A DNA stretch of 46,047 nt from Enoplolaimus lenunculus (Eukaryota): contig JASANG010001409.1 in the NCBI GenBank assembly GCA_030248215.1, forward strand, positions 372,001-418,047. Direction: 5' to 3'. The notes beneath the pieces are model-generated. The model was given only the letters and a program-made list of their open reading frames with translations, was not told the DNA's origin and searched no databases. The position numbers and the translations under genes were made by a program. Shown here one piece after another: positions 11,932 to 24,000 of the stretch. Each line of letters starts with the position of its first letter. Positions within the stretch are counted from its first letter, which is position 1.

Positions 11932-12100
11932 GGCCCATGTATTAAGATCAGGGGCAGAACGTTTTTCTGGTGGACAACAATAGAGTAAACTTAGGCTTCA
12001 GGCTAATTTTTTGCTGAACGCTTAGGCGAAGGTTTAGGCTTAGGCTTAGGCTTAGGAGCATGCTTATACTATTGCAACGATCCTGTTCTATACATTGGCT
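11932..12100 (+). mobile_element. TTAGGC-MITE, subfamily A
   Basis: ggcccatgtattaagatcaggggcagaac ... cctgttctatacattggct. TSD tgtttctc/tatgtctc. Confidence 0.88.
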
Positions 12101-13197
12101 TATGTCTCAATTACAGTGGTTCGCTTTTGCTTTCTTAAACCATCTCGTTGTCCTGGAACTCTGTCTCTGCTACACTTTTGTCACTGTATTCTTGAAGTTA
12201 TACAGCAAATGTTTACCTCGACTTTGCAGTGACTGTTTATGCAGTTTGCAGTTTTTTAGCAATTTCTTTTATTGCAAATATTGTGCTTTGTGCGATGGCA
12301 AACAACACCAACACTCTTTTTTGTGTTTTTAAAAGTTTAAGGTCTTTGCTTAAGCCTGAGTTCATTTTGCCGCTGGACAGTTGAAATCCTAACGCGTAAA
12401 ATGTCTGAAATTTTTATGTTTAAGTTTTAGTCGAGTTAACGTGGGTCATAGAGGTTCGCTTAAATTTTTAAATAAGAGTCATTGAAGTGACTGAACGGAA
12501 AATATTAAAAGTTCGTTTTTCAACTCTCGCGACCCGTTTTTTCCATCACCACTTATACTCAAGGCACGTTTAGATCCCAGGTCAAAGCCGGCGTTCGAAA
12601 TTTGGGCAATAAACGTTTTGTTTAGGCTCAGGTTTAGGCATAGGCCTATTTTTTACTGTTTACGCTTAAGATAAGGTTTGCGCTTTCGGCTATAGTATAT
12701 GTATGCTTATGCTATTGTAACAGTCATGATCTATATATACATTGATCGAAAATTAGGCTAAACATTGGCGCTACAGTAGTATATACAAGCATATTCCAAG
12801 TCCTAAACCTAGGCTTAAGCTTAAGCGTAATATTGAGCTTATACTTAAGCCTAAGCCTAAGCAAAATATTAGTCTGAAGCTTTCGCTAACTCTATTCCAA
12901 TCCGAAGGTATTTTAACGTTTCGTCCCTGATCTTTACATTATCCGGAAATTGTAAGGCGAAAACTGCGTTATGCCGGTAAGCTTGAATATTTCGCTGCCT
13001 TCACAGTCCTGTGTGTACAAGAATGTTAAAACCTTTTTGACCGTTTAGCTTTGACTATGACTTGGACTCAGAAATGAAGTTTGAAATGATAGAAAAACAA
13101 AGTTAAATATTTCAAAAATAAATTGTGTTACAATATCTAAAAATTATATTTTAAAAGTAAAACAATTTTTTAATGTTTCAAAAAAACAACACACACC

Positions 13198-16100
13198 ATG
13201 TGTACAACGCAACTGCAGTTTGACGAATCGCTATTCAAAAGCCCTACAGACGTGTGCTTTATTCGTCCAGCCAGCATTGAGCCCACAGAGCAAACGCGTG
13301 AATTGTTACTAGCGATTTCTGACGAATCGGACGGTGTAAAAATTGCAAATTTTTGGACGCAAAAAATTATTAAAACAATTACACTGCAAACTGCAGATGC
13401 AAAAGCAATTTGCTACAATTCAACCAAGCGACAGTTAGTCGTAAGCGCTGCAAGACAGCCAACTGGCGAACCACTGGAGCTTCAGATTATTGAATTTGAA
13501 TCGGGAAAAGTTGTCGAAACAGTGCCATTGCCTCAACAACCAGAAATTAACCCTAATTATACTCGATGGGTGACGTATGATGCGGCTACAAGTATAACTG
13601 CATCTGTGTTTCGTTCCGTTTGACCGAAAATGTTTTGACCCATGTAAAGATCAGGGGCGGAACGTGTTTCTGTGGGACTAAACAAAAGTAAGCTTAAGCT
13701 TTAGACTTATTTTTTGCTTGGCTTAGGCTTAGGCTTAGGCTTACGAATATGCTCATTCTTGTGTTTAGGTTTAGGCTGAGGCTTAGGCTTAAGGCTTACG
13801 AATATGTTTATAATACTGTTCCGCCTCTGTTCTTTACATTGGCCAATTTTGTTCGACAATACCACCAGCAAAAATAAAAAGTTCTATGTCAGAATAATTT
13901 CTTTTCGCCATTATTGGAACACTTTGGGTCCTTTGTACAAGGAAATTGTGCTTTGTGGCATGTGTACTCAAATCATTTAGTAAGTTTCGTTGCCCGTTCT
14001 GTAAGACTTCTTGCCTTCTATAGTAACTCATATCTCTTTATGGCTATAAGCGCCGAAGTCCAGGAGCCCTTTATGTGCGTTTCAGTTTTGAAAATTTTAT
14101 ATTTCAGACAATATTTTGGTCTGTTGTGGCGATAACAAAACGGCAGCTTTGTGGAAATATTCCTGCTCTTCTAAGCAATGGATACTGTTGGTGACCAAAT
14201 CTGGCGATTTTGAACATCCAAATGTTGTGCCGAAAGCTTTAAACGCTGGTAAGCAAGTGCTTAGACGAGATCGAATTCTCAATATGGTACTCATTTAGCT
14301 CCCCTTATAAAGTCCTTCCCCCACAGATATAAGGGCCAATGTAAAGAATCGGGGCGGAACAGTATTATAAGCATACTCTTAAATCTAAGCGTAAGCCTAA
14401 GCCTAAACCTAAGCGTAAGAATGGGCATATTCCTAAGGCTAAGGCTAAACCTAAGCCTACACCAAGCATAAAAATTAGTCCAAAGCTTAAGCTTACTCTA
14501 TTACAGTCCCACAGAAAAGCTATCCGCCCCTGATCTTTACTTGGGCCGATTATTGGCAGACTGTTTTACGGTGGAACTGTAATAGAGAAACCATAAGTTT
14601 TAGTCTATTTTTTGCTTAGGCTTACGTGTAGACTTAAGCTTGAGTATAGACATATTTTTTCCGCTTAGGTTCAGGCTTGCACTCAGGTTTAGGCATAGGA
14701 ATGTGTTTATTCTAATGGCTTTGTTCTTTACATTGGCCCAAAAAAAAATTCTTAGCCCAATAGCGCTTGTGAGAAATCAATTTTATTTGCTTGAATTTTG
14801 TTTTCTTTTTTTAAAAACATTTCCTTTAAATTTGTTTTCTTTTTTGAAAATTTTACCTTTTGACATGCCGATCCTGTCGTCCTTTTTAATATTATTTTTT
14901 CGTTTTAAGGTGCCGACTACGCAATTCTGATGTCGGTGTACAGCGACGCTGAAGACTGGTGTCAAAAAGTGTTCGGATTTAAATCTGACAATCTCGTCTA
15001 CGAACATACGCTCAACATTTCGAAATCCGCAGTGCAGGTTAGTCGCTTTGGCCAATGTTACTTTTAGGGGCGTAACAGTAGATTAAGCGTATTCCTAAGC
15101 CTAAGCATAAACCTAAGCGTTGCCAAAATGTGTTCCTAAGCCTAAGCCTAAGCCAAAGCCTAAGCAAAAAAAATGTTATCTAGAACCTAAACCTACTCTT
15201 TTATAGACCGACCAGAAACCTGGACGCCCCTTAAAGTACCATGTGTCGTCGGTTTTTTTATTTTGTTGTTGTATCATATATGAAAGTAGAATTTTAGTAG
15301 ACAGGCGCATTCGTTGAAAGACCTCTGGAACAATTATACCAATTTATGCTACAAGAGTAATTTAGCTTTCGGTCCACCTCGCGAAACTCCACTGCCAGGC
15401 CCGTAGCCAGCTCACCTTGCTAGGGAGGCTAAAATTTTTCAGGATCAACAGGGTTTTCAATGAATTACAAGCAAGGTTGAAAAATTTCTAAGGGGGGGGG
15501 GGGAATTTATCCGGGGCGGCAGAGCCCCCATGGCTCCCATTGGCTATAACTGAAAAGCAACCTTAACCAGTTATGTATGATTAGCATCCACGTTTTTCTG
15601 CGTCTGGTATGATCCGCTCCTTGACAACCACAAGTTTTCAATGTATTTGTTTATAACTTTAATAGCTTAATGTTTATTCGTAAATGTCTCGTAAAAACAG
15701 GCGGATCGAACCTGTAGCCATGTGGGGCCAAAGTAAACCGGACCCTGCTAGTTGGTCATCCCTAGAAAAGGCCCCGTCTGGAAAATTTTCAACCTTGCTT
15801 GTAAGTCAACGAAAACCCTGTTATGGCTCCTCCTGAAAAATTTTTAGCCCCCCCCCCACCGGAAGGTGTACCAGCTACGGACCTGTCCCTTATTAAGTTT
15901 AGGTCGCATTAGTTATTTTTTAACAAACAGGACTTCTGTTGTTTACTTCGACCCATGTAAAGCTCAGGGGCGAACGTTTTTCTGCGGGACTGCAATAGAA
16001 GAAGCTTAAGCTTTAGAGTAATTTTTTGATTGGGTTAGGCTTCGGCTTAGGCATAGGCTTAGGAATATGCTTACAATACTGTACCGTCCCTGTTCTTTAC

Positions 16101-17502
16101 ATTGGCCTTTACTTCTATGATTTTAGCACACCGACTAAGTTAGCTGAAATCTGAAATTAGCTTGTAAAAGGCCTATTAACCATATGATGTTTAATAAGTT
16201 CTTTGCAGTCCGTGTTTGTTCCTGCTCAAGGCTTTTCAAAGCCTGAAAATTCTTGTTTACTTTGCTTTAGGCTTGTACTATAACCCGCATTTATTAGGTA
16301 CTTGGATTTCCACTTTAATGCTAAATTTCAATGTAAACTAATCCTCCATTCGGACGCGGAAGCTTTTCCAAAAGAACTCGCAGCTGCAATTTGTACTTGT
16401 AAGTTTTTGAAGCGAAACGTGTTGCAACTGCAACTTGCAGCGGCCAGTTGTGTTTAAAAACTCGTTAATCAATTTGCAGCTGCAAGCTTTAGCGCATATT
16501 TTCGCTGCAATATTACACATGTACGCTGTAGCTGTTAGTTGTTTTTGATGTAAAAACTTGCATGTGTGAATGGGGCTTAAAGTTTTAAGTATATTCAATT
16601 CTCTAATTAATAGCAGTACGTCGATGCTTATTCGTTAGTTTCAAAGTTAGAAAACCTATTTAGCAACAAGCGATAGCGAGCTCGTAGCCAAAGATGGGGG
16701 CAGGGGGGTTCAGCCCCCCCCGGAAAAATCTTGGTCCCCTAGAATATTTTGAATTTTGCTTGTAAGTCATTGAAAAACCTTGAACGTCCTTCTTGAAAAA
16801 TTTTTGCCCCCCCCCCTAGCAAAGTGAGCTGGCTACGGGCCTGGGGGAGAGGTGCTACGCACTGTTTACATTGCAGAATAAACAGATTACATGCATTGTC
16901 CAATCAGCATGCATCTTACGCCAGTTGCCAACAGGTCTTACTAACTTTCGAATCTGTTAATAAAATTTTACAAAATCATTCAATAATTTTACAGCGAAAT
17001 TTAAGCTACAGATAGAGCTAAATGCCTAAACCTAAGCCTAAGCCTAATCCAAGCAATAATAATTAGTCTAAAGCTTAAGCTTACTCTTTTCTAGTCGTAC
17101 AGAAAAACGTTCCGCCCCTGATCTTTACATGGGCCCAACCGTTTAGCTTCATATCTGCAATAATGATGTGACGTTATTTCAAAACTTATTACTAACTGAT
17201 GATAAGATGCTGCTTAGACAGCTGAAAATTCAGTTTCTAACATACGGCAAAAACATCTCTTTCAGGAAGGTTGGTGCTCAGCGGTATCACAAAGTGGACG
17301 AATCCACGTGTACGATTATTTAACCGGTGTGGTACTCGAACTCGCGGTCCAAATCACCCCTGGTGGTCCGTGCGCAATCCCTTTAAGGGCGTCTGCCTCA
17401 GTTGGACTCGGGCAATCTGTTAGTATGGACGTGCTTGAAGATCGATGGCTCATTGTTGTTTGTGCTGAATCCCAGCGTGTAATTATGTTTAAGCTGGATT
17501 AA
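13198..17502 (+). CDS. Four-exon gene, 299 aa, probable NHL/WD40-like beta-propeller. Exons 13198-13591, 14108-14248, 14910-15037, 17266-17502
   Basis: All introns are GT..AG (acceptors atttcag, ttttaag, ctttcag) with consistent phases 1, 1, 0. The joined CDS is 900 nt with no internal stop, and AATAAA overlaps the TAA. Blade-like motifs: FKSPTDVCF, AKAICYNSTKRQLVVS, TRWVTYDAATNNILVC, SAVSQSGRIHVYDY, SMDVLEDRWLIVVCAESQRVIMF. The fold is inferred from pattern only. Confidence 0.85.
13637..13844 (+). mobile_element. TTAGGC-MITE, subfamily A (intron 1)
   Basis: gacccatgtaaagatcaggggcggaac ... gttccgcctctgttctttacattggcc. Confidence 0.92.
14334..14547 (-). mobile_element. TTAGGC-MITE, subfamily A (intron 2). 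A 5'-decayed + strand copy follows at ~14560-14738
   Basis: ggccaatgtaaagaatcggggcggaac ... atccgcccctgatctttacttgggcc. Confidence 0.92.
15050..15247 (-). mobile_element. TTAGGC-MITE, subfamily B (intron 3)
   Basis: ggccaatgttacttttaggggcgt ... acgccccttaaagtaccatgtgtc. TSD gtcgcttt/gtcggttt. Confidence 0.9.
15396..15885. mobile_element. Two hAT-like MITE copies in inverted orientation (15396-~15552 and 15707-15885)
   Basis: TIR caggcccgtagccag / ccagctacggacctg. The shared core ttacaagcaaggttgaaaa lies on opposite strands. Confidence 0.8.
15950..16107 (+). mobile_element. TTAGGC-MITE, subfamily A
   Basis: TIRs intact. Perfect 8-bp TSD tttacttc (15942-15949 and 16108-16115). Confidence 0.95.
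16340..16577 (-). mobile_element. Fragment of a Harbinger-like element with gcagctgcaa repeats. Other copies at 19384-~20020 and 33508-~33735
   Basis: The end aaaacttgcatgtgtgaatggggct|taa is the reverse complement of taa|agccctattc(a)cacgtgcaagttttt seen at 19384 and 33508. Confidence 0.65.
16677..16843 (-). mobile_element. hAT-like MITE
   Basis: cgagctcgtagccaaag ... gagctggctacgggcctg, with the same core as 15396. Confidence 0.82.
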
Positions 17503-17534
17503 TAAATGTGGATACTGCTCCCTGGAGCGAGATG

Positions 17535-17713
17535 CGCTGTAAATCCCGATGAGTTGATTAATCAACTCAGAGATACAATTGGTTATTTGTGGTTATCTCT
17601 GAGTCAATACTCAATTCAGAATTCTGACTCCTGACAGACCTAATTCAGAGCGCAGACTTCTGAATGGATTCAACTCATTCTGAGTTAAAATCAATTCACT
17701 GAAATTTACAGTG
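17535..17713. mobile_element. CACTG-terminal MITE (CMC/EnSpm-like)
   Basis: cgctgtaaatcccgatgagttgatt ... aatcaattcactgaaatttacagtg. 2-bp flanks TG/TG. Confidence 0.7.
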
Positions 17714-17917
17714 TGGTAGTATTTGTATACAGGGGTAGGGATCAAGGGATTATATCCCTTTGTAGAATATCTCAAGATAAAAGCGGTTTGAACGGGTCTT
17801 TGGATATCGTTCTGAATCCTACAAGTCGAAAGTATCTTGTTTTACATGGTTTTGGCTACGTTTCTTGAGTGGAAGACTGCCGAATTCCAAGAAATCAAAA
17901 CCATCTTTGCTTATCAG

Positions 17918-18098
17918 GCATAATGTTACTTTAAGAGGCGTAACAGTAGATTAAGCGTATTTCTAAGCTTAAGCCTAAGCGTAGTAAAAATGTGTTCCTA
18001 ATCCTAAGCTTAAGCCTAAGCAAAAAATGTAATCTAGTAACTTAACCTACTCTTTTATAGACCCACCAGAAAGGACGCCTCTTGAAGCAACATGGGCC
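17918..18098 (-). mobile_element. TTAGGC-MITE, subfamily B
   Basis: Perfect TSD cttatcag (17910-17917 and 18099-18106). Confidence 0.92.
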
Positions 18099-18317
18099 CT
18101 TATCAGGGTGTATTTTTTCAAAAACTCTATGCGGTACATTATCCTATTTTTTCAGCCCTAAAATGTGTGGAGATGTTTTCTTAACTCGATGAGTGGATAT
18201 TGCTTAAACGCCATGGATTACAAACTGCGTTGATTTTTACCACGCGGTAATTGCGGCACAGTTGGCATTGTTGAGCGGCTGTATGAGAAAGCAATGCTAA
18301 AACGCAGACATTTTGCT

Positions 18318-18601
18318 GCCTAAGCCTAAGCCTAAGCCTAAGCCTAAGCCTAAGCCTAAGCCTAAGCCTAAGCCTAAGCCTAAGCCTAAGCCTAAGCCTA
18401 AGCCTAAACCTAAGCCTAAGCCTAAGCCTAAGCATAAGTCTAAGCTTAAGCCTAAGCCTAAACCTAAGCCTAAGCCTAAGCCTAAGCCTTAGCCTAAGCC
18501 TAAGCCTAAGCCTAAGCCTAAGCCTAAGCATAACCGTTAGAATGAGCATATTCCTAAGCCTAAGCCTAAGCCAAAGCCTAAGCCTAAGCCTAATCCTAAG
18601 C
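18318..18601 (-). repeat. Interstitial telomeric tract (TTAGGC)n, about 35 near-perfect units, plus one MITE spacer and a shorter tract. No TIRs
   Basis: gcctaa repeats at 18318-18530, spacer ccgttagaatgagcatatt, then about 8 more units. Confidence 0.93.
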
Positions 18602-18796
18602 TACAAAAAATGGTGAGTCAAATGGAACCTTTTCGAAATATGCCCTTCCGGACTACACAAACTGAGTCAAATTCGACTCCGCACGAGTCAAATTCGACTC
18701 ACTGACGCAATTTGACTCTTCATTTTTACATGTACTTCAGTTACTCAGCTTGTTTACAATTTTAAACTGGGTTGTGCTGTAAAACAGTTGAAAATT

Positions 18797-18868
18797 AAAC
18801 TCAAAGGATCGAACCTCGCAGCCGATCAGGTTTCAATCCGGCATGTTCAACCACTGAATTACGCTGTC
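18797..18868 (-). pseudogene. Degenerate tRNA-derived sequence (SINE head or pseudo-tRNA)
   Basis: The minus strand reads gacagcgtaattcagtggttgaacatg...gaggttcgatcc, with A- and B-box-like motifs at tRNA spacing. Stems pair poorly. Confidence 0.5.
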
Positions 18869-20214
18869 ATAAAAATCAGATGCACTACTTTTCACACTGC
18901 AAAAAATGGTGAGTCAAATTGACTCTCTCCGAAATAGGCTTTTCCTGACTACACAAACTGAGTCAAAATTCGACTCCGCCAGACTCAAATTGAGCCGAAT
19001 TTGCCTCTGGCGAAGTCAAATTTTTGACTCAGGCTGTGTAGCTACAAATTGCCCGTAGCTCATGCTTTACATGCACCAATTGTCAACAAGCCTGTATTAT
19101 TGGTTCATAGTTGCTACGCTTCGCTTGAAAAAGGTTGGCAAACAAATACCGAATATCAAATAACTCTGGCGACCCGAGTCAAAGAGGTTTTTAAACAAAC
19201 CGGCCTCACCGTAAACAAATCTTTGTCAAATATCGTTCAATGTTTGTTGAAACCGATAAACCAACGCTGCTCAAAGACTTTATGAAAGATTTCCTACGAA
19301 ACCAATAAGGTCACACTCTGTTTACTAGGAACCAGGGCAGGTTTTGTCTGACCAAATCAATTTGAATAATTCACATTTTCTAAAGCCCTATTCAACGTGC
19401 AAGTTTTTGCAGCAAAAACTTGCATGTGCAAGTTTGGTCACAAAGCAGATTTGAAGTCCTTGCAGCTGCAAATTTTTCATTAGAATTCATGTGATTGAAT
19501 TTAATTCGCACGTGTGAACGCCGTCGCAAATCGCTGGGAATTAATTCAAATATCTAACTTGTTTGATATTTCGCAGCCGACGGCGGAAGTAATGGGACTA
19601 GTTTTAAATTTTTAAGCATTAAAAAAGATTGCATCGCGATGAAAACTTTTTGAAGTCAATAAATTTCAAGTATAGCCTTCTTTGCAAATGAATGTTTCTT
19701 ACAACTGTAACTTGCAGCTGCAAGTTTTTTTGAAAAACTCATTCGAAGAATTTGCAGCTGCAAGTTATTCATGATTAATACATGCGAAGAATTAATTTGC
19801 AGGTATGAATAGTCCTGCAAGTCGAATTCATTTATCATCATTGGCTAAACTGATGATTATAGGTTATGTTTGATATTTATTGCAGTGGTCTGCAAAGTAT
19901 TCACATAAATTCATGTCAAGATTCAGAACGAATGTTATGATTCTTTACAAATACTTGTAGCTGCAAGTATTTCGTGCCATTTGCAGCTGCAAGTTCTATA
20001 TTCGTAAAATATCAGGTCTTAACTGAAAGAACGCATAGCCAAAATGGTTTCAAAAACAAGTGTAGTGTTGGCATAAAAACTTTATCCGCATATGTCTTTT
20101 TTCCTACTGATCTCAGTGCAATTCTGGTTTTAATATTTATTTCGCATTCTTTTGTCTCATTTTTTGTATTGTGCACCGGTCAGGTTTGCCCGCCAGCCGG
20201 ATAGTTATTGCTTA

Positions 20215-21775
20215 TAATTTTTAAGCTTAGGCTTTTGCTTAGGCTTTGGCTAATGAATATGCTTTTACTACTGTTACGGAACTGTTCTATGCATTGGTCC
20301 AATACTTCTTGTAATAGACGTATTGTTTGCCTTATGCTTACACTTAGGTTTAGGTATAAACTAATTTTTAAGCTTAGGCTTTTGCTTAGGCTTTGGCTAA
20401 TGAATACGCTTTTACTACTGTTACGGAACTGTTCTATGCATTGGTCCAATACTTCTTGTAATAGACGTATTGTTTGCCTTATGCTTACACTTAGGTTTAG
20501 GTATAAACTAATTTTTAAGCTTAGGCTTTTGCTTAGGCTTTGGCTAATGAATACGCTTTTACTACTGTTACGGAACTGTTCTATGCATTGGTCCAATACT
20601 TCTTGTAATAGACGTATTGTTTGCCTTATGCTTACACTTAGGTTTAGGTATAAACTAATTTTTAAGCTTAGGCTTTTGCTTAGGCTTTGGCTAATGAATA
20701 CGCTTTTACTACTGTTACGGAACTGTTCTATGCATTGGTCCAATACTTCTTGTAATAGACGTATTGTTTGCCTTATGCTTACACTTAGGTTTAGGTATAA
20801 ACTAATTTTTAAGCTTAGGCTTTTGCTTAGGCTTTGGCTAATGAATGCGCTTTTACTACTGTTACGGAACTGTTCTATGCATTGGTCCAATACTTCTTGT
20901 AATAGACGTATTGTTTGCCTTATGCTTACACTTAGGTTTAGGTATAAACTAATTTTTAAGCTTAGGCTTTTGCTTAGGCTTTGGCTAATGAATGCGCTTT
21001 TACTACTGTTACGGAACTGTTCTATGCATTGGTCCAATACTTCTTGTAATAGACGTATTGTTTGCCTTATGCTTACACTTAGGTTTAGGTATAAACTAAT
21101 TTTTAAGCTTAGGCTTTTGCTTAGGCTTTGGCTAATGAATATGCTTTTACTACTGTTACGGAACTGTTCTATGCATTGGTCCAAAACTTCTTGTAATAGA
21201 CGTATTGTTTGCCTTATGCTTACACTTAGGTTTAGGTATAAACTAATTTTTAAGCTTAGGCTTTTGCTTAGGCTTTGGCTAATGAATGCGCTTTTACTAC
21301 TGTTACGGAACTGTTCTATGCATTGGTCCAATACTTCTTGTAATAGACGTATTGTTTGCCTTATGCTTACACTTAGGTTTAGGTATAAACTAATTTTTAA
21401 GCTTAGGCTTTTGCTTAGGCTTTGGCTAAGGAATATGCTTTTACTACTGTTACGGAACTGTTCTATGCATTGGTCCAATACTTCTTGTAATAGACGTATT
21501 GTTTGCCTTATGCTTACACTTAGGTTTAGGTATAAACTAATTTTCAAGCTTAGGCTTTTGCTTAGGCTTTGGCTAATGAATATGCTTTTACTACTGTTAC
21601 GGAACTGTTCTATGCATTGGTCCAATACTTCTTGTAATAGACGTATTGTTTGCCTTATGCTTACACTTAGGTTTAGGTATAAACTAATTTTTAAGCTTAG
21701 GCTTTTGCTTAGGCTTTGGCTAATGAATACGCTTTTACTACTGTTACGGAACTGTTCTACACTTTGGTCCAATGC
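20215..21775 (+). repeat. 132-bp tandem satellite, about 11.8 near-identical copies, derived from the right part of a TTAGGC-MITE plus extra sequence
   Basis: 44-aa periodicity in both overlapping ORFs. The unit contains gcttaggc, aatatgctt..tactgtt and the TIR-like ctgttctatgcattggtc. Confidence 0.95.
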
Positions 21776-22128
21776 TTCTTACAAAGAACTGCGGCGATTC
21801 TCGTGTTATATTTGTTGTTTTTCAGCGCAAATTGAATGTTTCATTGCAGTTGTTTGTTTTTGACACAAACTAAACGTTTCGTTTGTCAAAAAATATGGTT
21901 ATTAATTTTTCAATAATTTTCGGTTTAAGTTCCATTTCCGGTAAAGCGTTTTTTGGACAAAGTTACAACTGTTGCTCGGATTTAAAACTAGCGTAATTTT
22001 AAGTTTTGAGTGCTTGAAGCCGTTTTGAACTTTCCGCGTTGTTGACAAAAATGTTTAGTCATATTTGTTCAAAATACAACGTGCATTTCTTGGTTCAACG
22101 GTGAATCTAAGATTTTTTTCAAATTTGC

Positions 22129-22320
22129 GTCCAATGTTACTTTTAGGGCCGTAACCGTAATTAAGCGTATTCGTAAGCCTAAGCCTAAGCGTAAGCGTTG
22201 CAAATGTGTGTTCCTAAGCCTAAGCCTTAGCCTAAGCCTAGGCAAAAAATGTAATCTAGAATCTAAACGTACTCTTTTATAGGCCCACCAGACTGGACGT
22301 CCCGAAGAGTAACATGGGCC
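22129..22320 (-). mobile_element. TTAGGC-MITE, subfamily B
   Basis: Perfect TSD aaatttgc (22121-22128 and 22321-22328). Confidence 0.95.
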
Positions 22321-22975
22321 AAATTTGCTAACATACTATAGTGACTCAAATAAGAGCAAAAATGAGGTTTGTTTTGCGTGTCAAAAGATAAACACCCTCC
22401 TGCTATTTGATTACGGACTGTTATTTGTTTTTACAACTCACATCCTGTTTTTTGGATCAACTACTTTCACGTAACCTATTGTCTATAAAGGTACTGTTGT
22501 GATCCGATTAAGTGGGGGCTGATATTTATTTGGCCTCTGCCGGGGGTACTTTCTGTTGTTTAGTTACGGACTGTTATTTATTTTTAATCCACGCTCCGCC
22601 ACCGTTCGTTACTGATATAATCGGTGCTGCAATTATTCGTTGAATTAAACGTTTATTTGTCCTGTATCAAAACCTTAAGTGGTAGTGCAAGGTTAATGCA
22701 TAAGAATGTACCCTAAAGCATACCGCCACCGAAACGCACCCAATGTTTACACAGGGCCGGAGCAGCCACTCTCCATTCGCCCTCATTTGGGGTCCCTACC
22801 CAAAAAAGATTTTAATCAAAAAATTTGAAAAATATTTTGATAATGATCTCCCACCCCAGATTTTTGGGAGGAGTCCACATCCTTGCTTGCTTTGACACTG
22901 TTTATATGTCGCCGTACGCCAACTTCTGACTTTATTTGGCTCAACGAAACTCAATCTGTAGTAATAAATTTCAAC

Positions 22976-23122
22976 GGCACATGTACAGAACAGGGCCGGA
23001 ACAGTAGTATAAGCATATTGCTAAGCCTAAACATAAGCCTAAGCAAAAATTAGTCTAAAGCTTAAACTGACTCTATTATAGCACCTCCGGAAAACGATCC
23101 GGCCCTGTTCTATACATGGGCA
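22976..23122 (-). mobile_element. TTAGGC-MITE, subfamily C (short repeat tract)
   Basis: Perfect TSD atttcaac (22968-22975 and 23123-23130). Confidence 0.93.
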
Positions 23123-24000
23123 ATTTCAACAATGGCTGATTTATGATTTTTTTCTTAACGTTCGTATCATTTTTTTCGACGTCATCCCGGCTGCTATTTT
23201 CAATGCATCTAAAAACGTACATCATATCGCTTCGATTGGTACAAAATAAATGCTCCAATAAATACTCAATGCTTGAAAAGGAAGCTAAAAACCGATTGGC
23301 CCAAAAAATTTTCCAATCACTTGCCAGATCGGCATACTGGTATGTCTGTCAAGGAATTGCTAACTGCCCAAATATGCTGTAAACTCGCAAATATTTCAGT
23401 CTTTTCGAAAAAAAATAATAAAGAGAAATTTCTAAGGGGGTTGCAACCCCATCGCTGTGCTACCGGGCTGTCATACTGCAACGTCTCTATACCCGTACGC
23501 CTTAATAAAATGACACAGGCTTTTATGACTCTATTTGACCGCCGTATTCGGCCGTCAGCATCTCTTTATTGTCAAATCATTATATAAACGATTTTAAATT
23601 TATTAAATTTAACTTTTTGACTCAATAATCCTGTATAAAGCAGTATTTATAGAACAACAACAACATTTTAACAATATTCTACAGCAAGCAAAACGGTTTT
23701 TTACTAAAAAAATACGTAAATAAGGAACTTTAAAAATACCCCATAGACATCGCATGCTTTGAACGATAAGAATGAACCTAAGCCTAGAATTGACCTAAGC
23801 CTATAGTACAAGCCGAAACGTAGTGCAAGCCTAAATCTAAGAGTGTTTTAGTGTGAATGCATACATATCGCTACTCGCTAAATTAGCCGGTCTATGCACT
23901 ATGCGCTTTTAAGCTTTTGACTAATTTTTAAACAATTTCTTTTCGTCAGATCTTATTGTGATCATGAATGTGAAAAATATATTTTAATGCCGAATCTATA

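Noticed and set aside
20180..21863. 530-aa and 551-aa ORFs as real proteins
   Set aside because: They are exact translations of a 132-bp MITE-derived satellite, with no unique domain or splice context.
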